Part shown: piece after piece, positions 17,492 through 26,018 of the stretch | Position numbering within the stretch: the stretch's first letter is position 1 | How the letters are laid out: every line of letters begins with the position of its first letter | Origin: Candidatus Sericytochromatia bacterium | GTDB taxonomy: Bacteria > Cyanobacteriota > Sericytochromatia > S15B-MN24 > UBA4093 | Length of the DNA stretch: 26,018 nt | Direction: 5' to 3' | Assembly (NCBI GenBank): GCA_036676985.1 | Contig: JAKFBU010000033.1 | Span: 1-26,018 of the forward strand | The notes under the pieces: model-generated | The model's database searches: none | What the model was told of the DNA's origin: nothing | What the model saw: the letters and a program-made list of their open reading frames with translations, nothing else | Made by a program: the position numbers and the translations under genes

Positions 17492-17522
17492 AAACCGGTC
17501 CCCGTGAGGGGGCCGGTTTTTT
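17492..17522 (+). terminator. Intrinsic terminator of ftsH
   Basis: AAACCGGTCCCC-GTGA-GGGGGCCGGTTT followed by TTT. Confidence 0.85.
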
Positions 17523-17543
17523 CGTGGGGTCCTTGCCAAGTTA

Positions 17544-17700
17544 CCACCCCCCCCTCCCCCCCCCTGCTTCGCAAGGGGGGCCCAGAGAGTCCTGCTGCGC
17601 AGGATCAATTGGGTGGAGTTCCCTGCTGAATCTGCCCCCGCCAGGGGGCCGTCCCCAGAAAAAAGCCCCCCTTGCGAAGCAGGGGGGGTTGGGGGGGTGG
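17544..17700. repeat. Inverted pair of about 37-bp C/G-tract REP-like units
   Basis: 17544-17581 CCA-Cn-T-Cn-TGCTTCGCAAGGGGGGC and 17665-17700 GCCCCCCTTGCGAAGCA-Gn-TT-Gn-TGG are near reverse complements. Confidence 0.85.
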
Positions 17701-17723
17701 AAACCGGGTCGCGGATCCGGACG

Positions 17724-18167
17724 CTACTCGTCCCGATCGCTGCCCTTCTCGAGCTCCATCCCGTAGATCTCCTGGTATTTGTACGAGTGCACCCACGGCA
17801 GCACCGTCCAGAAGCCCCAGAAGGCCGCGCTGGAGAAGGTCGGCGCATCCGGGCGGCCCGCAGCGATGGTGGACCCCACGATCAGGGCCGGCAACACGCT
17901 CCAGACGATGGCCGTGAACACGTCGAGCTCCCGCCGCACCACCCGCTCCTCGGTCCGGAAGCCGGGCTTCTTGGCCTTGAGGTGCAGCGACTGCACCGGG
18001 AAGTCGTACTTGTGCTCCACGATGTAGGTGTCGCCGGGCACGCCGTTGATGGTGACGCGCGCATCCTCGGGCTCCGTCGAGACCCGTAGGATCTGGTTGC
18101 CGCCGCTGCAGCCCGTGAGCAGCAGCGCCGCAAGGCCCACGCTCACCAAGTGCCGTCTGAGAATCAA
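17724..18167 (-). CDS. Lipoprotein with PEGA-like domain and C-terminal hydrophobic helices
   Basis: TTG 18167 after GGAGGA; lipobox LLTGC; LRVSTEPEDARVTING...LKAKKPGFR is a PEGA-type pattern. Confidence 0.75.
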   Translation of the reverse strand: MILRRHLVSVGLAALLLTGCSGGNQILRVSTEPEDARVTINGVPGDTYIVEHKYDFPVQSLHLKAKKPGFRTEERVVRRELDVFTAIVWSVLPALIVGSTIAAGRPDAPTFSSAAFWGFWTVLPWVHSYKYQEIYGMELEKGSDRDE

Positions 18168-18212
18168 AGTTCGTTCCTCCGTAATATCAGGGTTCACTCG
18201 TACGGGCCGCCC

Positions 18213-20063
18213 TTACTGCTTCCAGCTGTAGGGGCCCGCCGACAACGTACCGCGCTGTGACAGGGTGCCGTCCACGTTCTGCTTGAAAATCCGGAACACC
18301 GCGCGATCGCTGTCGTTGGCCGTGCGCGCCCCCAAGGTCGGCGTGATGCGCGTGCCGTTGTCGTCGGTCGAGAGGTCCGTGTTGGGCTTGGTCCCGATGC
18401 GCAGGAGCAAGGGCAGGCCGGGCGGCGTGTTGATGAGCACGGGCGAGACGCCGAAGCTGATGGTGGCCCCGGCCGCGGGCGCGACCGCCGCCGGCAGGTA
18501 GCTCGCCGAGGCGATGAACTTGTCCGCATCCACCGCGCCGCCGCGATACAGGGAGACCGAGAGGCGCCGCGCGGTGGGCGGGTAGTCCTCCACGCCGAGG
18601 GTGTAGACCGTGTCGGCGGTGCCGGAGGGGTCGTAGAGGTAGGTGCAGCTGTCGACGTTGGTGTTGGCCGCCACCGCGAAGCTGGCCGAGGCGCCGCGCG
18701 TGGTGGGCGCCGTCGCGCCCTGGGTCATGGTCGACACCCAGGTCTTGGTGCCCGCGTCATAGGTCGGGACCGTCAGCGTCCCGATGGTCGAGCCCGGCAG
18801 GTAGGCCAGGGGGTTGGGCGCGTTCAGGCTGTTGTTGTTGAGGGACGTGGTGTAGGGCTCCATCGCTGCCCGCCAGACGTAGCCCTCCATCTGCCGGGCG
18901 CCGAAGTCGCCGCCGGTGATGAGGTTGTTGTAGGCATCGCGCAGGGTGATCCGGAGGGTGTCCGTCTCGCCGGCCCGGCGCGGATAGGCCGAGATGCCGT
19001 CGTCCGAGCCGATCACGATGCTGCAGTTGGGCTGGCTCACGGCCCCCGGGTGCACGTTGACCTTGTGGAGGTCCACGGAGCCCGCCCCACCGAGGAGGCT
19101 CACCATCTCGCCACGCGCCAGGTAGTACTTGGCGTCGGCTCCTTCCGTCGAGCGGGTCGGCGTGAAGGTGATGGTGCCGTCCGAGTTGTCCGTGAGGGGA
19201 TAGAAGTCATAGCTGTCGACCTTCGTGAGGTCGAGGAAGTCGCTCGTCGCGGTGGGGGCGTTCGCCCGCACCACCACGACGCGATCGCCCTGGCGGACAT
19301 TGCTCGCCGCGAGGGTCAAGGGGTTGCCGGCGTCCACCTGGCGGGTGGTGTTCAGGACCGCCGCGCCGAAGCTCGGAGGCTGCGAGACGGTGATGGGCAA
19401 GGTGGTCGTGTTGCCCGGGATCACGCTGCCCGTCGCCGCGCCCACGCCGTAGCCCGCGAAGGTGTCCGAGGTATCGCTCAGCTCCGAGCCCCCGTTGTTG
19501 TTCTCATAGAAGGAGAGCACCGACGGTGCGCTCGCGGTGCCGCCGAGGTCCGAGCCCTTGAACACCAGCACCTTCTCCGCGACGTCCCCGATGACGGCCG
19601 TGACGTGCGTATCCGTGCCGTCCAGGGCGAAGGTGGCGGGCTCCCCGTCCACGGGCACCAGGCGCTTGCCAGGGCCGATGAACTGCTTGAAGGTGGTGCG
19701 CACCGTGATCCACGCCGTGCCGGGCGCGACGTCCTGGAAGAGCAGGTTGACCTGCCCGCCCGGCATGCCGACGGCCTCCGGGTTGCGGCAGACGAGGAAG
19801 GACTGGTGGCGGCCGAGGCTGTCGACGGCCATGACCTCGACGGCGTTGATGTAGCCGTTCTGGTAGGCGTACTGGGCCGCGCGCTCACCGAGCTTCGGCA
19901 GCGTGACGGGAACGACCAGGCTACCGGGAGCGGCCGGCTGCTCCACGCGGGTGGGCTGGACGCCGAGCGGCCCTGCCGGACGGACGGCGCATGCGGCCAG
20001 GAGCCCGAGGCTGGTGGCCAGTAGAGCGCTCGTCACGAAGGTCGCCGCGGGGTTGCGAAACAT
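18213..20063 (-). CDS. Large beta-rich lipoprotein (616 aa) with an Ig/invasin-like module
   Basis: ATG 20063 after GAGGAG; lipobox LLAAC; Thr/Gly/Asn-rich; LRITLRDAYNN resembles Big_1/filamin-type Ig motifs. Confidence 0.82.
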   Translation of the reverse strand: MFRNPAATFVTSALLATSLGLLAACAVRPAGPLGVQPTRVEQPAAPGSLVVPVTLPKLGERAAQYAYQNGYINAVEVMAVDSLGRHQSFLVCRNPEAVGMPGGQVNLLFQDVAPGTAWITVRTTFKQFIGPGKRLVPVDGEPATFALDGTDTHVTAVIGDVAEKVLVFKGSDLGGTASAPSVLSFYENNNGGSELSDTSDTFAGYGVGAATGSVIPGNTTTLPITVSQPPSFGAAVLNTTRQVDAGNPLTLAASNVRQGDRVVVVRANAPTATSDFLDLTKVDSYDFYPLTDNSDGTITFTPTRSTEGADAKYYLARGEMVSLLGGAGSVDLHKVNVHPGAVSQPNCSIVIGSDDGISAYPRRAGETDTLRITLRDAYNNLITGGDFGARQMEGYVWRAAMEPYTTSLNNNSLNAPNPLAYLPGSTIGTLTVPTYDAGTKTWVSTMTQGATAPTTRGASASFAVAANTNVDSCTYLYDPSGTADTVYTLGVEDYPPTARRLSVSLYRGGAVDADKFIASASYLPAAVAPAAGATISFGVSPVLINTPPGLPLLLRIGTKPNTDLSTDDNGTRITPTLGARTANDSDRAVFRIFKQNVDGTLSQRGTLSAGPYSWKQ

Positions 20064-20074
20064 GCCGACTCTCC

Positions 20075-21211
20075 TCAGTTGGAAACGCGCCAGGGCGCGG
20101 TTTGAACGGGTAGGTTGCCAGGGGCCGCCGAGGGCATCGTCACCGGGACGCTCAGGGAGGACTGGCTCGAAGGGGGAACGATGACCTCGGCGAGGATGAC
20201 GGCCCCGGAGGTCGTCACCGTCACGGTCCGCTCGCTCTGGACGTTGCCCGAGGTGGCCCGCAGGATGGTCGTGCCGGGACGGAACGGGCGCAGGAGGCCG
20301 TATTCGTCCACCGAGGCGACCGACGGGGCGCTCGAGGACCACACCACGGCGTCCACGTCGCGCTTGCCGCCGTCCGAGAAGGTGGCCTTGACCGTCAGGG
20401 GCACGGCCCGGTAGGCCTGGAAGGGCAGCCGCCACTGCGGCAACTCCAGCTTGGTGATGACCTCGAAGTTCCGGTACTTGCGGATGCCGTCCACCATGAG
20501 CTCGAGCTGTCCCGTGACGGCGCCGGCGGGGACCGTGGTCTCGATCTCCTCGTCGCTGAGCCGAGTGGTTAATGTGGTGGTGGCGGTGTTGGTCGCGGGC
20601 ACGCCCGAGAACTTGACGGTGTAGGCGTGGTCCAGGGTGCGCCCGAAGTTCGCCCCGGAGATGAGCACCTTGCAGCCCACGCCGCCGTAGGCCGGAGCGA
20701 CGGTAGTGATCTCGGGCTGGATGAGGGGCGTCATCGTGATGGGCGCGACGTTGATGTTGTTGGCATAGATATCGACCGTGCCGGTTCCGAGGGCGATGGG
20801 CGTCGTGTTCTCGGTGGGCGTGGACTCTCGGTACATCTTGGCGACCACCTGGACGCCCATGGTCGCCTTGACCCGGAAGAAGGCCTGCGACGCGAGGTTG
20901 CCCTCGCTCGGGCGCGGGACCGTGGCCTTGGCTATTTCACGACCGGCGGAGTCGTAGAGCCAAATGATGGCCTTGCTCGCGCTGAAAGGGATGGCTGCCA
21001 CCGTGCGATCCGGCCACTTGATCTGGATCTGGAGCGTGCCCTCGGCGGCCGGCGTGACGATCCGGTAGCCCGGGTCAGAGGCCGCCGCGACGGAGGTCGG
21101 CGCCGACGTCGAGGGTGGGGTGGCCTGGGCACAGGCCACGAGCAGGGCCGAGAGCGCGAGGCTTCCGAGGGCGCGGGCGTGGCGGAGGGGGTTGGAGAGC
21201 CGCTGAGACAT
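20075..21211 (-). CDS. Lipoprotein with IPT/TIG and Big_2 Ig-like domains (378 aa)
   Basis: ATG 21211; lipobox LLVAC; IPT/TIG PEITTVAP..G..G.KVLISGANFG...VP.GA.TG; Big_2 VVWSSSAPSVASVD..G......PGTT...ATSG. Confidence 0.88.
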   Translation of the reverse strand: MSQRLSNPLRHARALGSLALSALLVACAQATPPSTSAPTSVAAASDPGYRIVTPAAEGTLQIQIKWPDRTVAAIPFSASKAIIWLYDSAGREIAKATVPRPSEGNLASQAFFRVKATMGVQVVAKMYRESTPTENTTPIALGTGTVDIYANNINVAPITMTPLIQPEITTVAPAYGGVGCKVLISGANFGRTLDHAYTVKFSGVPATNTATTTLTTRLSDEEIETTVPAGAVTGQLELMVDGIRKYRNFEVITKLELPQWRLPFQAYRAVPLTVKATFSDGGKRDVDAVVWSSSAPSVASVDEYGLLRPFRPGTTILRATSGNVQSERTVTVTTSGAVILAEVIVPPSSQSSLSVPVTMPSAAPGNLPVQTAPWRVSN

Positions 21212-21221
21212 GACCGGCCCC

Positions 21222-21752
21222 CTACTGCAGCTGGATGATGGCCGTGGCGTCATCGGTCACGGTGACCGAGACGCTCGCGACCTTGGAGGGGTCCCGGCGC
21301 GAGGTGGCCGTCAGCACCACGGGCACGGTGCTCGGCTTGGCCCCGCCCGTCGTCTGGACCGTGCTCACGAGGCCCCGCGCGTCCACCTGCACGAGCTCGG
21401 GCTGGGACGAGGTCCAGACCAGATCCCCGTCGAGCAGGCCCCCGTCCTCGAGGACCAGGCGCACGTCGAGTTGCAGCCAGGTGGGAAAGCCCGCCGATCC
21501 GAGGTTGGGGTTCTCGGGCGGCACGCTGATGGTGGCCGTCTTGGGCTGAATGGTCAGGGAGACGACCTTGAGCTGGGATCTATCCGGGGTCGTGGTGGCC
21601 TGGGTGGCCGGCGGAGTCGCGGTGGGGGCGGGGGTTGCGGTGGCGCCCGAGCCACCGATGGTTCGATCCAAGGGTGCCGGCGGCAGCGAGTCGCAGCTCG
21701 CGAGGCCCCAAACGCTCGTCAGCAGGGCCAGAGAAAGTACGAGAGGACGCAT
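21222..21752 (-). CDS. Small lipoprotein with Pro/Thr linker and one Big_2 Ig-like domain
   Basis: GAGG Shine-Dalgarno; lipobox LASC; TATPAPTATPP linker; LVWTSSQPELVQVDARGLV...ATS. Confidence 0.85.
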   Translation of the reverse strand: MRPLVLSLALLTSVWGLASCDSLPPAPLDRTIGGSGATATPAPTATPPATQATTTPDRSQLKVVSLTIQPKTATISVPPENPNLGSAGFPTWLQLDVRLVLEDGGLLDGDLVWTSSQPELVQVDARGLVSTVQTTGGAKPSTVPVVLTATSRRDPSKVASVSVTVTDDATAIIQLQ

Positions 21753-21880
21753 GCAACCTCACTCGGCTAGTCCTAGACCCTCTTTTTGTACCCAACCCTC
21801 GCTGCTTCGCTTCAAGGGCGAACCATGCACGAAAACCTTCGCTCCCTGGGTATGTAGAAAAAGATAGGGGAGGAGGCGTC

Positions 21881-23203
21881 ATGACCAAACACGTCCGTAC
21901 GCTGGGAGTCCTTTGCCTGGGGGTGGCGCTGGCCGGATGCCAGGGTATTCCAGGCCTCTTCGGTCCGGTCGCGGGCGGGCCCGGCGGGGATTCGCCCTTC
22001 CCGGACAGCGGACTGGTCGCCAACAACGCGGCCTCCTTGAGCGGACGGGTCTTCGCTCCTTCCTCGCTGGTAGCCAACAACTCGGCCTCTCTCATCGGCA
22101 ACAACTCCGCGTCGCTCATCGGCAACAACTCGGCGGCGCTGGTCTCGAACAACGCGGCGGCCTATCGCACGGCGGCCGTCCAGGAGCTGCCCGTCATCAA
22201 GGCGGTGGTCGAGGCCGTCCGCGACGGCCAGGTCATCGCCAAGGCGACCACCGACGACACGGGCCGCTACACGCTCCCCAACCTGCCCCGCGAGAAGGCC
22301 TTCCTGGTCCGGGCCTCGTTCACGCTGGACGGGCAGAAGTTCCAGGAGCTGGCGATCGCCAAGACCTTCACGCAGCAGTCGGATCACCGCGTGAACAGCG
22401 CCTCGACGCTCGTGACGGCCAAGGTCGTCAAGCAGGGCACGGCGCTCGATCAGGTGAACATGACCAAGTACAACGACACGGTCAACCTGGTCGCCGCGGC
22501 TCAGACCTCCATCCAGCCCAGCGACCTCACGTCGACGGACAACAGCGCGTACGCCTTCGAGCAGATCGCCGAGTCCAACGAGGTGGTGAGCGAGACCTAC
22601 ACCGAGGCCATCACGCCGACCACCACCGCTCCGTCGCCCACCCCGTCGCCCACGGCGACGCCGGTGACCTACTCGCCCAAGGAGTACTTCTTCCCGCCCT
22701 CCGGCACGGCGCGGGGCGAGTTCCGCCGGACGGTGACCCAGGGCGCTCAGGTCGCCACCTCGAGCTACAGCATCCGGGTCACGGCCTACTCGCTCTCGGA
22801 AGCGACGCTCCGTCAGACCCTCGACGGCTTCGACTTCGACTCCGTGCTCCAGGTGTCGGGCAGCGTCGTGAAGGTCGGCACCCCGACCGAGCAGGGTCCC
22901 GTCTTCACCATGACCCTGGGCACGCCCGTCTTCACGGCGGAGGGCACGATCGTGACGCCCGCCGGCGCCTCGGATCCCGTCACGTACAAGCTGGTGGCGG
23001 CCAGTGAGCAGGTGACGGTCCCGGCCGGGACCTACACCTGCGTGCGCCTGCTCGAGACCACCGGTACCGGCGCTTCTCAGACCCAGCGCACGGTGTGGTA
23101 CGCCAAGGGCATCGGCATCGCCCCGGTGAAGGTACTCTCCAGCACGCAGAACGGCGGGACCACCACGACCACCGAGACGGTGATGACGTCCTTCACGCCC
23201 TAA
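21881..23203 (+). CDS. Lipoprotein (440 aa) with Asn-Asn octapeptide repeats, carboxypeptidase-regulatory-like domain, PT linker and C-terminal DUF3108-like beta domain
   Basis: ATG after GGAGGAGG; lipobox LAGC; ATTDDTGRYTL; TPSPTATP; VTVPAGTY.C...WYAKGIG..VK. Confidence 0.88.
   Translation: MTKHVRTLGVLCLGVALAGCQGIPGLFGPVAGGPGGDSPFPDSGLVANNAASLSGRVFAPSSLVANNSASLIGNNSASLIGNNSAALVSNNAAAYRTAAVQELPVIKAVVEAVRDGQVIAKATTDDTGRYTLPNLPREKAFLVRASFTLDGQKFQELAIAKTFTQQSDHRVNSASTLVTAKVVKQGTALDQVNMTKYNDTVNLVAAAQTSIQPSDLTSTDNSAYAFEQIAESNEVVSETYTEAITPTTTAPSPTPSPTATPVTYSPKEYFFPPSGTARGEFRRTVTQGAQVATSSYSIRVTAYSLSEATLRQTLDGFDFDSVLQVSGSVVKVGTPTEQGPVFTMTLGTPVFTAEGTIVTPAGASDPVTYKLVAASEQVTVPAGTYTCVRLLETTGTGASQTQRTVWYAKGIGIAPVKVLSSTQNGGTTTTTETVMTSFTP
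22067..22162 (+). repeat. Four in-frame 24-bp tandem repeats encoding L[VI][AGS]NN[SA]A[SA]; a fifth copy at 22013-22036
   Basis: LVANNSAS LIGNNSAS LIGNNSAA LVSNNAAA; the AACAAC core is constant while synonymous positions vary. Confidence 0.9.
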
Positions 23204-23213
23204 CCCCGAACAA

Positions 23214-23247
23214 CGACGAGCCCCCGCCAGTTGGCGGGGGCTCGTCG
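23214..23247. terminator. Perfect 16-bp inverted repeat between convergent genes (probable bidirectional terminator or REP)
   Basis: CGACGAGCCCCCGCCA-GT-TGGCGGGGGCTCGTCG with no clear U tract. Confidence 0.7.
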
Positions 23248-23267
23248 CATGCCATGGCTCGAAGGCC

Positions 23268-24056
23268 TTATGAGCGCAGCAGCTCCGGATACTTCGCCAC
23301 CCGCTGCCGCACCGCCTCGTAGAGCATGACCCCCGCCGCCACCGAGGCGTTCAGCGAGGTCGTCTGGCCCAAGAGCGGCAGCTTGGCCACGAAGTCGCAC
23401 TTCTCGGTCACCAGGCGGTGCATGCCCTGACCCTCGCTTCCGATGACGAGCGCGATGGGGCCCGTCATGTCCACGTCGTAGATGAGGCGATCGCCCGAGG
23501 CCTCCGCCCCCACGACCCAGAACCCGGCGTCCTTGATCTCCTCGATGGCCCGGGGCAGGTTCACCACCCGCGCCACCGGCATGTGCTCCAGGGCCCCCGC
23601 CGACGTCTTCTCCACCACGCCCGTGAGCGAGGCCGAGCGGCGCTGCGGCAACACCACCCCGTGCGCCCCCGCGCACTCGGCGCTACGGATGATGGCGCCC
23701 AGGTTGTGGGGATCCTCCACGCCGTCCAGGAGCACCAGCAGGGGCTGCGGATGCGTCTTGGCCTGGGCGATGAGGTCGTCCAGGTCCGTGTAGGCGTGCG
23801 TCGCCACCGAGGCGACGATGCCCTGGTGCGCCGCCCCCCCCGAGAGCTGGTCCAGCTTGCCGCGCTCCGTCAGCTGCACGCTCGCGCCCTTGGGCTTGGC
23901 GAGCCGGCGCACCTGGGCGAACAGGCTGTCCTTCTCCAGGCTGCGCTGCAGCCAGATCTTGTTGACGGGGCGATCGCCCTCGAGGATCGCCAGGACCGCA
24001 TGGCGGCCCCAGACCAGTTCGCCATCGGGCTGATTAGAGTGATTGGGTTGGTTCAT
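23268..24056 (-). CDS. rlmB: 23S rRNA Gm2251 2'-O-methyltransferase (SpoU/TrmH family)
   Basis: ATG 24056 after GGAG; GRHAV, HQGIVA, LDGVEDPHNLGAIIRSA, IGSEGQG, SLNASVA; conserved cysS-mrnC-rlmB order. Confidence 0.95.
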   Translation of the reverse strand: MNQPNHSNQPDGELVWGRHAVLAILEGDRPVNKIWLQRSLEKDSLFAQVRRLAKPKGASVQLTERGKLDQLSGGAAHQGIVASVATHAYTDLDDLIAQAKTHPQPLLVLLDGVEDPHNLGAIIRSAECAGAHGVVLPQRRSASLTGVVEKTSAGALEHMPVARVVNLPRAIEEIKDAGFWVVGAEASGDRLIYDVDMTGPIALVIGSEGQGMHRLVTEKCDFVAKLPLLGQTTSLNASVAAGVMLYEAVRQRVAKYPELLRS

Positions 24057-24453
24057 CGGATGACTCCAGGAGGGCGTCGGTGGCCTTGAGGATCTCGTCG
24101 AGGCGCTCGGAGGCGCCCTGCAGGTAGAGCATGCCGAGGAGCGCCTCGAAAGCGGTGCTGTAACGGTAATCGGCGACGGAGGCGTTCTTGGGGACGTTGC
24201 TCTTGAGGTTGCGCGCCCGGCGCACCACGTCCTGCTCGTCCTCCGTGAGGGTGGGCAAGAGGCGGCGCAGGGCCGCCGCCTGCGCGGAGGCACGCACCCG
24301 CGAAACCTTCGCCGTATGCATGCGCTCGACGGGGACGTTGGCCGTCATGAGCTGACAGCGGACGTGCAGCTCGTAGACGGCGTCGCCCATGTAGGCGAGC
24401 AATCGGGGGCTGAGCCCCCGCCAATCCGGAACCTGAGGAACAGCGGGAAGGAT
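24034..24453 (-). CDS. mrnC: Mini-ribonuclease III (start codon uncertain; ATC proposed)
   Basis: LAYMGDAVYELHVR, ASAQA, RRARN, YRYSTAFEALLG.LYL; lies between cysS and rlmB. Confidence 0.9.
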   Translation of the reverse strand: MLPAVPQVPDWRGLSPRLLAYMGDAVYELHVRCQLMTANVPVERMHTAKVSRVRASAQAAALRRLLPTLTEDEQDVVRRARNLKSNVPKNASVADYRYSTAFEALLGMLYLQGASERLDEILKATDALLESSDEPTQSL

Positions 24454-24455
24454 GG

Positions 24456-25922
<1,467 letters not shown>

Positions 25923-25961
25923 GGGCCTTGTCTCTCTCTCACGGCTGAATCCAGAACTCCC

Positions 25962-25990
25962 ATTCTACGTCCAGCCGTGGGGCTCAGCAA
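25962..25990 (-). promoter_or_regulatory. sigma70 promoter of the cysS operon
   Basis: TTGCTG-17 nt-TAGAAT, about 40 nt upstream of the ATG. Confidence 0.6.
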
Positions 25991-26018
25991 GCGACTCCTA
26001 CCAGTAGACCAGGACGCC

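Noticed and set aside
17524-17766. Short ORFs across the C/G-tract repeat region
   Set aside because: Pro/Gly runs produced by the homopolymer tracts; no evidence of coding function.
20064-20435. Upstream extensions of ORFs 18213..20435, 21635..23203 and 23268..24293
   Set aside because: They overlap neighbouring genes; Shine-Dalgarno sites and signal peptides or family N-termini fit starts at 20063, 21881 and 24056.
22013-22162. Possible CRISPR array
   Set aside because: Repeats are contiguous, in frame and degenerate at third positions, with no spacers and no cas genes.
25923-26018. T-box leader upstream of cysS
   Set aside because: A promoter-like element lies only about 40 nt from the ATG, and no T-box consensus or terminator is visible.

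Overview
High-GC bacterial chromosomal window with no transposase, integrase, prophage or CRISPR array. Left to right it holds: two tandem CNT/NupC nucleoside transporter paralogs (the first cut off by the window edge); a coupled operon of a Clp-N-domain-only protein, an orphan histidine kinase and an 89-aa protein; a 4xBON protein; a D,D-carboxypeptidase followed by a degenerate PilZ protein; two identical tRNA-Lys(CTT) and a tRNA-Ser(GGA); a purine nucleoside phosphorylase with altered base-binding residues whose stop codon lies in an 82-bp MITE-like element; a BCAM0308-like Zn-ribbon protein; a stand-alone ethylene-receptor-type membrane protein 1 nt upstream of a HAMP histidine kinase; a degenerate-looking HD-GYP protein; tRNA(CAT)-tilS-ftsH; a G/C-tract REP-like inverted pair; five lipoprotein genes with Ig-, PEGA- or transthyretin-like domains; and cysS-mrnC(Mini-III)-rlmB. 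Two candidates stand out as possible undescribed systems. (i) In the lipoprotein operon, each upstream gene's C-terminal strand resembles the first strand of the next gene's product, followed there by an Arg-containing loop, which suggests a type-V-pilus-like donor-strand fibre. (ii) A split ethylene-receptor/histidine-kinase pair. The repeat styles and gene content tentatively suggest a non-photosynthetic relative of Cyanobacteria (e.g. Sericytochromatia). That placement is unverified inference.
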